Source of the DNA: Ostreococcus lucimarinus
Lineage: Eukaryota
Direction: 5' to 3' (one strand)
NCBI GenBank assembly: GCA_000092065.1
Contig: CP000582.1
DNA: 64,000 bases
This document shows positions 1 through 11,385 of this stretch, piece by piece; within the stretch, counting starts at the first letter, position 1, and every line of letters starts with the position of its first letter. The notes under the pieces were generated by a model. That model worked only from the letters and a program-made list of their open reading frames with translations, had not been told where the DNA came from and ran no database searches. Position numbers and translations under genes: made by a program.

Positions 1-583
1 TTGCGAACCTTCTGTGAACACAAAGTCCGGTTTCCATGCGGCCTCTTCCAGAGAATCTCTACTAGCACAAAACACTATTTCAGGCAAGTTTTCAGTTTAC
101 GAAATTGGGCCTGCTGAAGGATGAAAGTTGCTGCTGCACAGTGTACGAGTAAGCTAAGTTCGTACTTTGTTCACATGTATCTATCTACACGTAGACTCAC
201 ATAGTAACAACTCTCATTTAGCGGGACTATATTGCTACATTTCGACATTTCGCTCACTGCGATTGCCAAGATTCTATAGCAGTAAGGCAAGTATACGCAA
301 TATTTAGGTTGACAAATAAATGTAAAACGTACATGCCCACAAACAATAGCGCCGCACCTCGACGTGGGTACTAGACATCTCTCTGAAGCGCAGTACAGGA
401 TTGAATCGCACCATCTACAGTACTGATTTGACCGTTCGCAAAAAAAAATAATGTGATATCGTTTACAACACTTCGTTGTTACCGTCGCCTTCCCACAAAA
501 AAATTTGAGGGCTTGACGACTCAATAGTGAGGTGCGCAGTGGTGTTTTCAAAGTCATGGAAACATATATGTGGCAACATAATT

Positions 584-1868
584 TCACATCTTATCACGAT
601 TAAAGCTGTATTTTTTATCTAATTTGCTTACGTCCTCGAATGAAAAGGTGTTCATTTCATCGCCGCTGCCTTCTAAGAGTACTCTGAGTGAGCCTCCTGA
701 CGCATCCACGCTTATTACCGAACCGATACAACCGGCATTCTCTCCTCGTATAACTTTTATAGAAGCGCCAATGGCCTAGCTTACGCGTCAGACAAGATAG
801 AAGGCAGTGAGGACCTCTTACAGGAATTACTGTGCGTAGATGATCAGTCGATACTTTGGCTGAATTGAAAGGACCGATTCCCTCTAGCGTCGCCATCCCT
901 TTGTAAACGTTTGTGACAATGTACTTCTGTTTTGATTGCTCTCCCGGCGCGCAATAAATACGCATGATAGTTCCAACTAAGTGACTCTTGGCGAGTTGTT
1001 AGACACATGCCACCTTTTAAACTCACTTAGTCTCACCTGCTCCATCTGCGAAAGTTTCTAGAAAGAAAGGTAAGGGGAGTGCATTTCACACAATCACGTT
1101 GAAAGTCACCTCTTTGCGAGTTAAATCCATGTTAAAGCCAGTCTGCTGAAGTTTTAAGCCCGTAGGCTCATGCTGCTCAGGTTTTGCCGGTACTGCTCCT
1201 CGTTTCACCTGCCTCTCAATAAGCTGTGTTTGTTTGTGTGTTGGAACGAAAGATAAAATGAATCTTCAATTTGATTTACCTTTTCTTGCTTTCGCGCCGA
1301 TCCGTCATCCTCATGTGTTCGCTTTCGCGCCACAGCTCCTTGAAAAATCTTGCTCTCAGCATGCAAATATGTTATGAAAATCCCCTTATCGGTCTCGTCT
1401 ATCTCACAAACACCTTCTGCGACAAGGTGATGGACAAATTCAGTAAGGCTCGTCCAACGTGTCGCTGACCATGAGCATGTTAGACTGTGTAGATATGATC
1501 TTCAAAGAAGTCACCATTCATATGCACGTGCGTCTTGTTCGCTATCAACTCGTTGTAAACCTTGTTAGCTGCCACGCGTGAGTTGCGGTGGCTTAAATGA
1601 AGTCAGCAGTGAAAAAAGCTTTGGAACGATTGTCTTACTTTAATGAGAGCTCTGAGATGAACGCTGTCTTGAAGCGCGAAGAAAAGCCATCGACAACCTT
1701 TTTTTGATTCTGAGCAAAAACGGCGAGCTGGCGAACGTGCGCTGGTGAAGAGCAGTGGCACTTAAAACCGTTCTCGTCTCGGCACTGTTTCTCACACAGT
1801 TGACAATACCAACGGAGGCGTTGAAGGCCTTTCGACTTCAGTTGGTTTGATAACGATTTGGCGCTCAT
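584..1868 (-). CDS. KIN17: DNA/RNA-binding protein KIN17 homolog; multi-exon gene with at least 6 short introns. Exons resolved: 1639..1868, 1515..1591, 1281..1464, about 822..1223 (contains further introns), 584..775.
   Basis: Exon 1 encodes ...KSKGLQRLRWYCQLCEKQCRDENGFKCHCSSPAHVRQL, the KIN17 C2H2 zinc-finger signature. Spliced exons then give ELSL-NHRNSRVAANKVYNELIANKTHVHMN-ATRWTSLTEFVHHLVAEGVCEIDETDKGIFITYL, then ...EVTFNVI, then ...KYIVTNVYKGMATLEGIGPFNSAKVSTDHLRTVIP, then ...AIGASIKVIRGENAGCIGSVISVDASGGSLRVLLEGSGDEMNTFSFEDVSKL*. These are collinear with the KIN17 winged-helix and tandem SH3-like domains. Introns 1592..1638 (47 nt), 1465..1514 (50 nt), 1224..1280 (57 nt), 776..821 (46 nt) carry GT..AG and branch sites such as TCTAAC. 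Confidence 0.7.
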
Positions 1869-2098
1869 TTTAGCGTTTCATGAAACCATAGTTCAATGAG
1901 CAAACGCCCTCGCCACTTTCGCACTACGTGCTGTGTAGTAGCGACTGACCGGAATTTCCGGACTGGACCCCTCAAAATATCAAACTCACCTCGACAACGT
2001 CATTACGTGAAGACGTCATTACGTGCCGCTACACCGCAGCTTCATTAGTTGAGAAAACACGTTAAGAAAACACTTTAGCGCCTATCCATTGAAGACAG

Positions 2099-3210
2099 AT
2101 GGCGGTTCGAATGTTGCAATACGGCGACGAGCGAGCCTCGCGTGTTGACGACGTCGGCGGCGACGGTGGCGCTTTTCCTGAACGACGGCATATCGAAACC
2201 GGGGGCTCCCCAGCGTCGTTGGCTCAAGATTCGACACGTATAAGCCCGCATGGTGCCGTGTCGACATCGATCATAGATACAAAGGAAATATCCGTCGTTC
2301 AAAGTGATTTGCGGCTCGCTCGGTCTCAGGTAAGTTTTTTGTTGCTGTGAGCTTGTGTCTTCGACTGAGTCTCGTCTCTATCTAGATAATCACACCAGAG
2401 ACCAGGGCAAAACAACAAAAACAGCTCCAAGATGCGATCGACGGCAAGCTATACCCTCAGAAACATCTTACTGATCTGAAGGGAGGGAACACCCACGCCC
2501 AATACATCAAATATGCGCCGGTGGGTGCTCGAGAGCGAGTAATTAAAGTGCAGCAGCTACAACAAGACCCCTTGAGTCCACCAGCATTCCGCCTAAAAAA
2601 GGTTTGAAGCTTGTGGAGTGTTTCTGTTTCACATCTGAGATTTTCGATAGGCTCCTAGTGAAGCAAAGCCCACTGCAGTCGCAGTCGTTCAGAGTCCTCC
2701 ACGCAAAGTAACCGAAGAAGATAAAGAGGCATGGCGGATTCCTCCGTCAATATCGAATTGGAAAGTACGTCGAACTTTGTGTGAAGTTTATACCTTCTCA
2801 ATATTCTACTTAGAATTCGAAGGGCTACACTATACCCTTAGATAAGCGCCTTGCAGCAGATGGCCGAGGGTTAGTCGATGTGAAAATTAATGATAACTTT
2901 GCAAAATTTTCTGAGGTATCTTTACTATTGCATCGTCACTTCGGACGTGTTTGAATTGATTCATAGGCACTGTATGTTGCCGAACAATCTGCACGCGTTT
3001 CAGTTGAGACACGTGCAAATGTGCAAAAACAAGTGGCACTGCAGGAACAGATTTCGAGGGAACAAACTATTCGGCAAGTAGCGGCTCAGGCCCTTCGTGA
3101 TCAAAATGTAGAGAGCGAAGGTCTAGAGGAAAAGGTGAGTGGCATGCGAACACTACAACCTTTTATTTGACATCAAACTACAGTTAAGTCACAAGCGAAT
3201 GAAAAAATGA
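2099..3210 (+). CDS. SNW1: SNW-domain splicing factor (SKIP/Prp45/SNW1 homolog). Six exons: 2099..2329, 2386..2601, 2651..2764, 2814..2915, 2967..3134, 3184..3210. Protein about 285 aa; the C-terminus looks short, so the 3' end may be incomplete.
   Basis: Spliced translation gives ...YIKYAPVGARERVIKVQQLQQDPLSPPAFRLKK / APSEAKP...EAWRIPPSISNWK / NSKGYTIPLDKRLAADGRGLVDVKINDNFAKFSE / ALYVAEQSARVSVETRANVQKQVALQEQ. This is the SNW domain including the eponymous SNWKN motif. Five introns of 56, 49, 49, 51 and 49 nt all have GTAAGT/GTACGT/GTATC donors and AG acceptors, and all are phase-consistent. Confidence 0.75.
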
Positions 3211-3242
3211 GTTGATCATTTTAGAGTTTGAAGCTTTCATGT

Positions 3243-5231
3243 TCAGAGCCTCTCCAGTGGTTCAATCCCTAACAATGAGAAAGTCAATTTCATTGTATAT
3301 AGTGTCCGCTCACACAGATAAATTCTACTTTCTTCATTGTCTCCACCTATTACTTTGCATTCCGCATAGAAGTTGTTGAAGGTACTACAAAGCGTGTAAA
3401 GGTACTCGCAGAGCTTTGAAGGTGCTAAGTCTTGTAGCGTTGTCAGTAGAGCATCTTGAAACTTGATAATCTGAATAGCTAAGAGTCGCTCTTCCTCGTG
3501 ACTGATACTGAATTGATCAGGTCGTCCTGCAAAGGAAGATTTTTGTAATATTGTCGCAACCCGCGCGTGCGAGTACTGCAGATACATAGCCGTGTTTCCC
3601 TTTAGGTCTAGCATTCTATCAAACGAAAATGTGTAGTTCGTCAGCCGATTGTTCTGAAGGTCAGCATATTTCACTGAACTCACACCTAGCACTTTGGATG
3701 CGTGCTTTATTTCGTCAGTAGTGAGATTTGTACCCTTTTCTTCTAAGAACTTAAAACATCGTTCTTCGGCCTCATCTAGTAAAGACTTCAATTTGACTGT
3801 TTCACCAGATCTCGTACGTAGACGTTTTCCATCTTCACCTAAAACAACACCAAAACCAACGTGCTCTAATGCCACTTGTGCGTCCCCCCACCCTGCTTCG
3901 TTCGCAGTTTTAAAAATTGCTTTGAAATGTTTGTGCTGCCCTTGATCTGTTACGTAAATGATTTTATCCGCCTTTTCGCTCATGATTCTGTGACGTACTG
4001 CCGCCAAATCTGTCGATGCATAGTTGAAACCCCCATCACTTTTGCGACAAATTACTGGGGTATCATCAGACTCAGTGAAAATGCAAAGCGCACCAGCATC
4101 TTCCACGATTAACCTTTTAGATTGAAGCTCATCAAGTACCGATGGGATCATATCGTTGTAGAAACTTTCTCCCTTCTCGACTATTCGGATTTTTAATCGG
4201 TCGTAGATCGTCTGAAACTCAGCTCGGCTTGCACTGCAGATTTGCCGCCACATATGTGCTGTTTCTGGATCATACGACTGAAGCTTGACGACCATATCTT
4301 TTGATTTTGCCTTGAAATCATCGTCAACATCGAATTTCTGCTTAGCTTGCTTGTAGCAAGCTTGCAGATCACTTACACTCGAGTCCGGTGATATGCCATT
4401 TTCCTTCATGAACTGAATCAACATTCCAAACTGAGTGCCCCAATCACCAACATGGTTCACGCGAGTGGTGGTATAACCACAGAATTCGAAAACATTGCAG
4501 AGAGTATCACCAATTATAGTGCTACGAAGATGACCGACATGCATTTCCTTTGCAATGTTTGGGGAAGAAAAGTCTACCAAAACGTGCCTTTTGATAGTAG
4601 GACCCAACTCTGCACTTTTGGTTTCTCTAAAAAGTTCCGAACGTATGTAGTTATCGGACAGGCGAAAGTTTATGAACCCAGGTCCGGCAATGGTGATGGA
4701 ATCAAACATTTCCCTTTCAGATATTCCGGCTACGATTTCATCAGCGACGTCACGCGGACTGCGAAAGCTAGTTTCCCCAGCTTTTGCAAGTGCAGAAAAA
4801 ATTTGCATAGCACTACTACTCTGGAAGTCGCCCAGCGAAGTATTAGCGCATTCCGCAACATCTATCGGTTTGTCGTAGTCAGGAAACCGCTCACGCACGG
4901 ACGACTCAACCATCCCTCTAAGCGTGCCGAGGATAGTATGTTCCGTCACACTAGCTTCTGCTGAACACTGTCGCCGCACGGCGCCTGGTCTTCGACGCAC
5001 GCCGCCAGTTCTTCGGCGCACAGCAGTCTGCCTTCCGGATTCAACGTGAATTCTCATATAATTCGATTGAAACGCTACATTTCGTAGCAAGCGGGCTGCG
5101 TAAACCATCGCAGACGACAACCCGGTGTTTCGGCCACGGCGCGGGGTTGACGCCAGGGCTATCCTCCTTGTTTTCTTCGATATATTCTTTTGCGTTTTTG
5201 GTTCAAATTTACAGCTGATGCTCGTAATCAA
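3243..5231 (-). CDS. RARS: Arginyl-tRNA synthetase (class I); single exon as an ORF. The true start codon is uncertain; the N-terminal about 60 aa look like a presequence or extension.
   Basis: A 662-aa ORF with the class I HIGH motif (MHVGHLRSTIIGD), NHVGDWGTQFGMLI, and a DALR anticodon-binding region (...TAMYLQYSHARVATILQKS). An internal MVYAARLLRNVAF.. looks like a mitochondrial-type presequence, so the gene may be dual-targeted or use an alternative start. Confidence 0.9.
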   Translation of the reverse strand: MITSISCKFEPKTQKNISKKTRRIALASTPRRGRNTGLSSAMVYAARLLRNVAFQSNYMRIHVESGRQTAVRRRTGGVRRRPGAVRRQCSAEASVTEHTILGTLRGMVESSVRERFPDYDKPIDVAECANTSLGDFQSSSAMQIFSALAKAGETSFRSPRDVADEIVAGISEREMFDSITIAGPGFINFRLSDNYIRSELFRETKSAELGPTIKRHVLVDFSSPNIAKEMHVGHLRSTIIGDTLCNVFEFCGYTTTRVNHVGDWGTQFGMLIQFMKENGISPDSSVSDLQACYKQAKQKFDVDDDFKAKSKDMVVKLQSYDPETAHMWRQICSASRAEFQTIYDRLKIRIVEKGESFYNDMIPSVLDELQSKRLIVEDAGALCIFTESDDTPVICRKSDGGFNYASTDLAAVRHRIMSEKADKIIYVTDQGQHKHFKAIFKTANEAGWGDAQVALEHVGFGVVLGEDGKRLRTRSGETVKLKSLLDEAEERCFKFLEEKGTNLTTDEIKHASKVLGVSSVKYADLQNNRLTNYTFSFDRMLDLKGNTAMYLQYSHARVATILQKSSFAGRPDQFSISHEEERLLAIQIIKFQDALLTTLQDLAPSKLCEYLYTLCSTFNNFYAECKVIGGDNEESRIYLCERTLYTMKLTFSLLGIEPLERL

Positions 5232-5338
5232 ACTATTTTGTAGAGTATCTTTGATTTATAACGAGCGGCCTCGATTATGTCCAGTAACGCTAAAAAACGT
5301 GCGAGGCGCCAAGGACGAGCATCACTTCGAAGCGCTTC

Positions 5339-5729
5339 ATGGATCCGCTTTCCCCTGCGATTACGTTCTTCGACAAAGATGGCAAAGGCCGAACAAGTTA
5401 CATCGGTAGTCTAGTGCCAGATAAGCTGTTTTCTCCGATCCCAGGCCTTTGGTTCACCAACCAAGGCTCAGAGGTAACTCGTTCCAACGAACAAGCAAAA
5501 AACCTTTCGTTAGACAATAAGTCAGGTGTTGGAGCGACTGATGGATGCATACGAGAAGAATCCATATCCAGTACAAAACGAACTATGCGCACTCGCTAGA
5601 GAACTGAACGCGCCCGATTCACAAAAGGTAGGACTGTTTGGGCAATAGACGATAAGCCTTCTCTCACATTTTCAGATCGAGTCATTCTTCCGAAATATGC
5701 ACATGCGTTCGCAGCTTAGCTCTCAGTAA
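5339..5729 (+). CDS. Small 3-exon gene (100 aa) with a degenerate homeodomain-like C-terminus. Exons 5339..5473, 5514..5627, 5676..5729.
   Basis: Spliced product is ...TISQVLERLMDAYEKNPYPVQNELCALARELNAPDSQK / IESFFRNMHMRSQLSSQ*. The pattern L..L...Y..NPYP...EL..LA.EL......QI..FF.N.R resembles homeodomain helices 1-3 (KNPYP ... IKIWFQNRR), with Trp replaced by Phe. Introns of 40 and 48 nt are GT..AG and phase-consistent. The identity is weak. Confidence 0.3.
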
Positions 5730-5902
5730 GCACTGGTCTAAAGATCCTGAGATGAAATAACTACTCCTGGATTACCATATACTTTTTTTTGTAATCACAG
5801 ATCGTGAAAAATTGTATACCAGCCAACTTCAAGCAGCAGCGCATGGAAATTTCATCTAAAAAGTCTATGCGCCAAAATAACTGTGCTCGTGGTGTGCTGC
5901 TG

Positions 5903-7570
5903 TCATACATTTTGTAGCATTAAATCTTGTATATCTCGAAGGAGCTCTTTCACTACTCCTCTATCCGGCAAGCCGTGAGCAAGTCCATATATAGGCGCCT
6001 TGCCTCCGGGAATCTTATCAAGGGTCCGTGATGTTTGAACAGCTTGTTTCAGATCATCAATCAAAGCATCAACAGACGAAATATTCGCTGGAGTTATACA
6101 AAAGTGAAGTGCGCTTGGATTCTGTAAAACAGCAAGTCTCCAACCTTTTGAAGATAATATATCATTGAGCACATAAACGTTGTTTGTTCGATCAGTTGTA
6201 CGCCACGCAACTACCATGGTTGCGTGTCGCCCAATCAGCTCCAAACCGTCCGTATCTGCCACCGCTTTACGGAGCTTAATCGCACTCTCAATTATTTCGT
6301 GTGCTACTCTTGAATATCCTTCGCGCCCCATATGTAACATGGCAGCCCACGTCTGTGCAATTAAACCTCCAGACCGTGAACCAGCAGGGGTTGGAGAAAT
6401 GTAGAGACCTCCTGTCCAGTCAGCAACTGAAGTATACTGAAACTGACGCAATACAGATGTTGAATACAGCACCACCGATGAACCTTTTTGTGCGTAGCCG
6501 TACTTATGCGTGTCTAAACTCATAGATGTAACACCTGCAAGTGAAAAATCAAATTTTGGGACGTGACTCTCAATCTCGCGCCCACTCAAGAACGGTAGGA
6601 TAAAGCCCCCCAAACAAGCATCAACGTGTAAGCAACACCTTTGACCTAGTGCTATATCAGAGAGCTCCTCGATCGGATCTATCACCCCATGAGGGTAAGT
6701 TGGGGCTGATGCGTATATCAAAATTGTCCGACGACTGAGTGCACGTTTTACAGCAGCCACGTTCATTTGACCATGTTCATCTGTGGGAACGCGCACGATG
6801 TTTATTTTGAAATATTCAGCTGCCTTGTACACTGCAGCGTGCGCAGAAACTGACACGATCCTATAAAAACTGTTTGTCATGATCAGCACTATTTATTTTA
6901 TAACTCAAACGTACATTTCTGGTCGAGAGATATGCTTGCTGTAGCACATAAAATCACGAGAAGCCCTGATTGCCGTAAGAATGCTTTCTGTGCCACCTGA
7001 TGTCACAGCACCACAAATTTCTGAATTGCTATCATTCGACACCAACATGCTGGTCATACTGACAACTTCAGACTCCATTCGTGCGACGCTAGGGAACGCA
7101 TCACCATGAAGTGGATTCGTATGGGCGAAATTACAGTACATCGAATTGCAGAGCTCGCGATGGGTGAGCTCCGTTGCGTATACTGTGCCGGTCATTTTTG
7201 AGGTGTGAAACAAGTGCTTACAGTCGTGTCCTTTGAGTTTATCTGCTTGTTTTAGAATCTCATGAATAGATTGACCCTCGCATGGCAAGTCTTGAGTCCT
7301 GTGTACCGGCAAAACTCCTGACTTCAAACCACTTTCAACTTCTGATAGTATTTTCTCTTTAGAACGCGCCACGAGATTCCGCACACCCGGTAGACTTCGC
7401 GCCAATCGAAAGAGCTTCTCCACATCTTGTCTTTGAGTTCTAAGTAATCCGTCGAGGATCTTGCACACGCCCGTAGCGAGAATATAGATCAGGAGTCCAC
7501 AAACCAACAATATTGGACTGACTCCACGTTCAAGGAGCGGAAACAAAGTTTGAAAAAAGTACCCGCACAC
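5903..7570 (-). CDS. SGPL1: Sphingosine-1-phosphate lyase (PLP-dependent group II decarboxylase family). Two exons, 6915..7570 and 5903..6860, separated by a 54-nt intron (6861..6914).
   Basis: The upstream exon has an N-terminal transmembrane segment and ...GGTESILTAIRASRDFM. The downstream exon has ...SVSAHAAVYKAAEYFKINIVRVP...DTHKYGYAQKGSSVVLY...WTGGLYISPTPAGSRSGGLIA. The THKYG motif carries the PLP-lysine. The spliced junction RPEM|IVSVSAHAA matches the SPL consensus (human TPEIVAPQSAHAA). Donor GTACGT, acceptor TATAG. Confidence 0.85.
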
Positions 7571-7947
7571 GTTGACTGTGACGTAACATTAGATGGCATG
7601 AACAGGACGAAGGAAAACTAGGTGGCTTACGATGCAGAACACTTGCGCGAACTACTAAAACTATCATCGTAGTTGTAGCGGGCCGGCGCCTTCCAGTTAC
7701 ACAGTTACTGTTTCTCAGTTTCAGAGGCGACTGCAAAAGTATGCTTATGTCTACAGCTACATATGATATAGACCCATAGAGTAGTCGTAGGAAAGCTAAA
7801 CCCTCCTTCTCCCACCCCCGAGCGATAGAGGTAGTCGCTATAGGCTAGAGCTAGTACGCCTTCGTTCAGGAAGCTGTATCATTGCACGAAGCAATCAGAC
7901 GCGCAGTTTGTGGAGAGACCTGAAAGCCATCGCGCGCCGTTCTCGAC

Positions 7948-8413
7948 ATGGGCGCCAACCGTTCTGCATCTGAGGTCCGAAAGTTGGCTGAAGCTCCGTT
8001 AAACTTTGGCAAGGGCTCCCGCGCTTGTCTTTATTGCAAGCTAGTTCAGACGTACGAGCAGGTAAGTTGCTCACATACATTCGTTGTCTACTGAGTAACT
8101 GGACAATTTAAGTTCATCGACAACGGGTGCGGAAACTGTGTTACTTTGAACATGAAGGGGGACAAGGATCGTGTATCTGAACTAACAACGTCAAATTATT
8201 CTGGGTACGATGATCAGTCGCTTCTCCATTCTACACATTGAATATTCCTCAGGATGGTGTCACTATTAGATGGACGCGCGTCCTGGGTCGGCAAATGGCT
8301 AAGACTAGGTACTTGTGCTGAATGTTGAGACTCTCCTGGCTGATCACGCAACAGATACCTGTGTTCCTGGTTGTTATGCCCTTAGTTTGCATAGTTCTAC
8401 GTCCATTCGATGA
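7948..8413 (+). CDS. SPT4: Transcription elongation factor SPT4 (DSIF small subunit). Four exons: 7948..8061, 8113..8204, 8253..8308, 8355..8413.
   Basis: Spliced product is MGANRSASEVRKLAEAPLNFGKGSRACLYCKLVQTYEQ / FIDNGCGNCVTLNMKGDKDRVSELTTSNYS / G MVSLLDGRASWVGKWLRL / D TCVPGCYALSL... This is collinear with the SPT4 zinc ribbon (RACLLCSLVKT..FEYDGFENC..LQMKG...DSWVSKWQR..KPGVYAVSV). Introns of 51, 48, 46 and 46 nt (GTAAGT, GTACGA, GTACTT donors) are phase-consistent. The last exon and stop are tentative. Confidence 0.7.
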
Positions 8414-8511
8414 TTTGGATCTTGCTGATTTTGAATCACACTTGTATTCTACATCATCAGCACTCGTATGCGTCACATTTCGATAGCAAGTCTTGGAGAA
8501 CTGCACGAGGA

Positions 8512-8550
8512 CACACACACGCACACACGCACATACACACACGGACTTGT
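8512..8550. repeat. CA-rich simple repeat (imperfect (CA)n / CACACG) in the SPT4 3' region
   Basis: The sequence gacacacacacgcacacacgcacatacacacacgg is visible directly. It gives rise to the spurious C/V-rich ORF 8249..8569 on the minus strand. Confidence 0.6.
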
Positions 8551-8565
8551 AGAACTCAGTACGCA

Positions 8566-9335
8566 TCAAATGAAGCTACGCGCTTGCATTTGCATAAGAT
8601 TGAGCATATTAAGGAGTCCATTAGTCCGAGACGGCGTCAGAGCCGTTTTTAAACCTAGTTCCCCAAGGAATTCCGGTTTCACTTCTGCTATGTCTTGTGG
8701 TGAATTTCCACTCAAGCCTTTAATAAGCAGTGCCGCTAAACCTTTCGTGAGCTGAGAATCTGACTCCGCTTCGTAATAGACCAAACCTCCTCTGAAAGAA
8801 GGCACTATCCAAACCTTCATACGCTTAAAAATAGTCATGAAAAAGTGCGTTTAACGCGTACCTGCGACACACACCCCGGAACCTGCAAAAGTATCAGAGT
8901 TGGCCATTCAGTTGTATGCAGTACATACCTTGTAACGATCATCTAGAGCTTCCTGTTGATACGAATATAATTCCGATCGAGAATATCGAAAACGAACTCA
9001 CGGTGGATAATGGCTTCAGGGCCTTTGCCATGAACAAAAGTTGCCGGTATCTTTGCATGGGGTCAGGAACCTAGACGAGCCTGGAAAGTGAACCTGTGAT
9101 AACGTCGAAAGTAACGTGCCCATACCGCTTGAAATGACTGAACCAGCGCTGATAGGCTCTCCGGCATACTTTCGCGGTCTATTGCCTTAACTCTCGTCAA
9201 GTATGTGCGTAAACGTGCGTGTGCCGTATGTCGACACCTAAAGCGAGCGAAATTCGTGTTCGGAGTGGCTGTGGTTTGGTTCGTGCTCACACGTGTCGTC
9301 AACATGGACATAGACACCCCTAGTCGCCGGAACAA
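8566..9335 (-). CDS. SUFE: SufE-type cysteine desulfuration / Fe-S assembly protein with an N-terminal organellar presequence. Multi-exon: last exon 8566..8817, several small exons up to the start at 9335. Internal exon boundaries are approximate.
   Basis: The terminal exon gives VWIVPSFRGGLVYYEAESDSQLTKGLAALLIKGLSGNSPQDIAEVKPEFLGELGLKTALTPSRTNGLLNMLNLMQ, collinear with E. coli SufE (SQVWIV...GDSDAAIVKGL...MTPQDI...LTPSRSQGLEAMI). Upstream mini-exons encode ...EALDDRYK / VPGCVSQ. VPGCVSQ carries the conserved SufE active-site Cys (E. coli GCQSQ|VWIV). Exon 1 (MFRRLGVSMSMLTTRVSTNQ...) looks like a transit peptide. Introns are 47-55 nt, GT..AG. Confidence 0.65.
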
Positions 9336-9519
9336 GCAACGTGGCTATCCAGCACCCGCGTTCGCGCGTGTGTGTGTGGCTGGAATACGGCAGGGAGTGG
9401 GCAGAAAGAACGTTTTAGAAAAACAGATAGGCATCACTTTTCCACAGTATTACAAAAGCGGAGACAACAAAACATTACATTCGTGCGACGGAACGAAGCT
9501 CGTCGCCAGTCTGATGTGG

Positions 9520-11110
9520 CTAAATTCCTTCTTTTTTATTCGAAACGCTTGGGAACATCGTCATCGCCGTTGCTTCGTCGCTCCGTGGAGTATGTGTTTG
9601 CGGCAGACCTGTGGCCGATATCGGTAAATCATGACTCTTCTCAGAGCTCGGTGTGTTCTCCATAATAGAGATCGTCGAGCTCGGGATATCATCTCGTACA
9701 ACCATACTTTGTTGACGACGCAGAGCCGCGACGTGACGCTCATTCTCGTATTGAGATTTATCAAGGCTGGCTGAGAAGCCCTTTTCGCTCTTTTCGCTAA
9801 TATGCTCGACGTCAACACTGACATTACGAGTATTAGTCGAATCACGTGGTACTTCGTGGAAAGGCACACTGGGTTTGCAGGTCATCTTCGACAGGTTTTC
9901 CAAAAGATGTGCTCGAACCCCTTCAAGATATTCGCGAGTATTTTGATTCTCCATGTTGCTCGGTTGGATATGCAGTGTGTGAGTTGGGCCAAAATATTCT
10001 GAGTAGTCGTTTTGTGGCATAGCATCTACCAGTTCTCGATCAAGTAAGCAACCCGTTTCGTATGCCCAGCATCTGGCTACGTTCCGTATCGTGTAACCAC
10101 CGCCCCCAAGTACAAGTAAAGGTACGTTGAACGTAGTCATGTATTTGAGGCACTCTGCGTGACCTTTGATGGACAGATTGAAACAACCCAAACGGTCTCC
10201 AGAAAGAGAGTCTGCCCCAGATTGAAATACAACTGCATCGGGCTGATAGATCTCCATGACTTTTGACATCAACGGCTTGTAGAGAAGCTCGTAGCTTTCA
10301 TCATCTATTCCATCCTTTAGGGGTACGTTGACACTATAGTACTTGCCAGCATGTTGGCCGATGTCCTGCAAGTGCCCAGTCCCTGGGAAATATTCGCCGA
10401 ATTTGTGAAACGAAACCGTCATTACTCTGTCTGTCGTGTAAAACGCTTCTTCAACCCCGTCACCGTGATGAATATCTATATCAATGTACAAAACCCGCTG
10501 ATGTTGCTTGAGTAACTCCAATATCGCAAGTACAATATCGTTAACATAGCAAAACCCACTTGCTTCACTCTTTTTTGCGTGATGAAGCCCGCCAGACCAA
10601 TTTATGACAGTTTCTGATAGTCCATGATTCAAGCGGACAGCCCCTCCAACAGAGCCGCCTGTGTACAGTTGGCAGAAGCGGAACAGTCCGTCAAATACCG
10701 GGCAGTCCTCAGCAACATTGAACCTCTTCAACTGGCGCATGTGTTCATGCTGATTATCAGGGGTGACAAGGCGTAGAAATTCAATGTATTCGTCGCTATG
10801 AAATTGCGTCATGTCATCGGCTTGCGCGGGCGTGGGTTGAAACACCTACACGTGGAGAGTCAAGATCATGGAACACGTGATTTTCAACGGCTAGTCCACC
10901 GCTATCATCGCAACAACGTACCTCCATGTCTTTGTACAAATCGTAGTGTAAGAGCAGATTATGTGTCATTCTCATACGGTGCGGTTTCATTGGATGTCCC
11001 TACGAACGTAACAATCAGAAGCTGTTGCGTGATCCCTCTTCGTTTCTCACCTGTCCGTAGTAGAAGTTTCCCACTTCTTGGTCATAAAAGTATGCAATTT
11101 TCTTCTTCAT
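9520..11110 (-). CDS. RPD3: Class I histone deacetylase (RPD3/HDAC1-2 type). Three exons: 11051..11110, 10922..10999, 9520..10845; about 488 aa.
   Basis: Spliced product is [20 protein letters not shown] / [26 protein letters not shown] / [31 protein letters not shown]...[29 protein letters not shown]...[32 protein letters not shown]. This is canonical class I HDAC including the catalytic [10 protein letters not shown]. Introns 11000..11050 (51 nt, GTGAGA) and 10846..10921 (76 nt, GTACGT) are phase-consistent. The track ORF 9520..10845 starts at a GTG that is really the exon 3 acceptor boundary. Confidence 0.9.
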
Positions 11111-11385
11111 CGCTGTCCCAGAATGATCCCTACGATATGGCGTTGCGTGTGCGTTCGCTCTCCAGGTTGCGTCCAGTAGTCGCGCGGCTGCGTTTCGCAG
11201 TTCTTCGGGCGAGAACCTTTTCCAGTTTGACTTGCGCGAAGCGCGAAACATAGCTTTCAAATAATCTATATATTGTATCTTTAGAGGCCGCTGACAAATT
11301 CAGCTCCAGTTGGTGTCTACAGTTGCCAGGTCGAGCACGTCGCGCTTCATACGTCGAGTACGCACATTTGTCCTCGTATGGGCCA

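Noticed and set aside
171-1026. Small ORFs 171..587 (-), 657..965 (-), 844..1026 (-) as independent genes
   Set aside because: 657..965 is an out-of-phase read through two KIN17 C-terminal exons (it contains YIVTNVYKGMATLEGI...DHLRTVIP). The others are Cys-rich or low-complexity translations of AT-rich intergenic or 3' UTR sequence.
9205-9665. Plus-strand ORFs 9205..9627 and 9372..9665
   Set aside because: They overlap the SufE 5' exon and the HDAC 3' end on the opposite strand, have no similarity to known proteins, and show odd composition. They are most likely non-coding.
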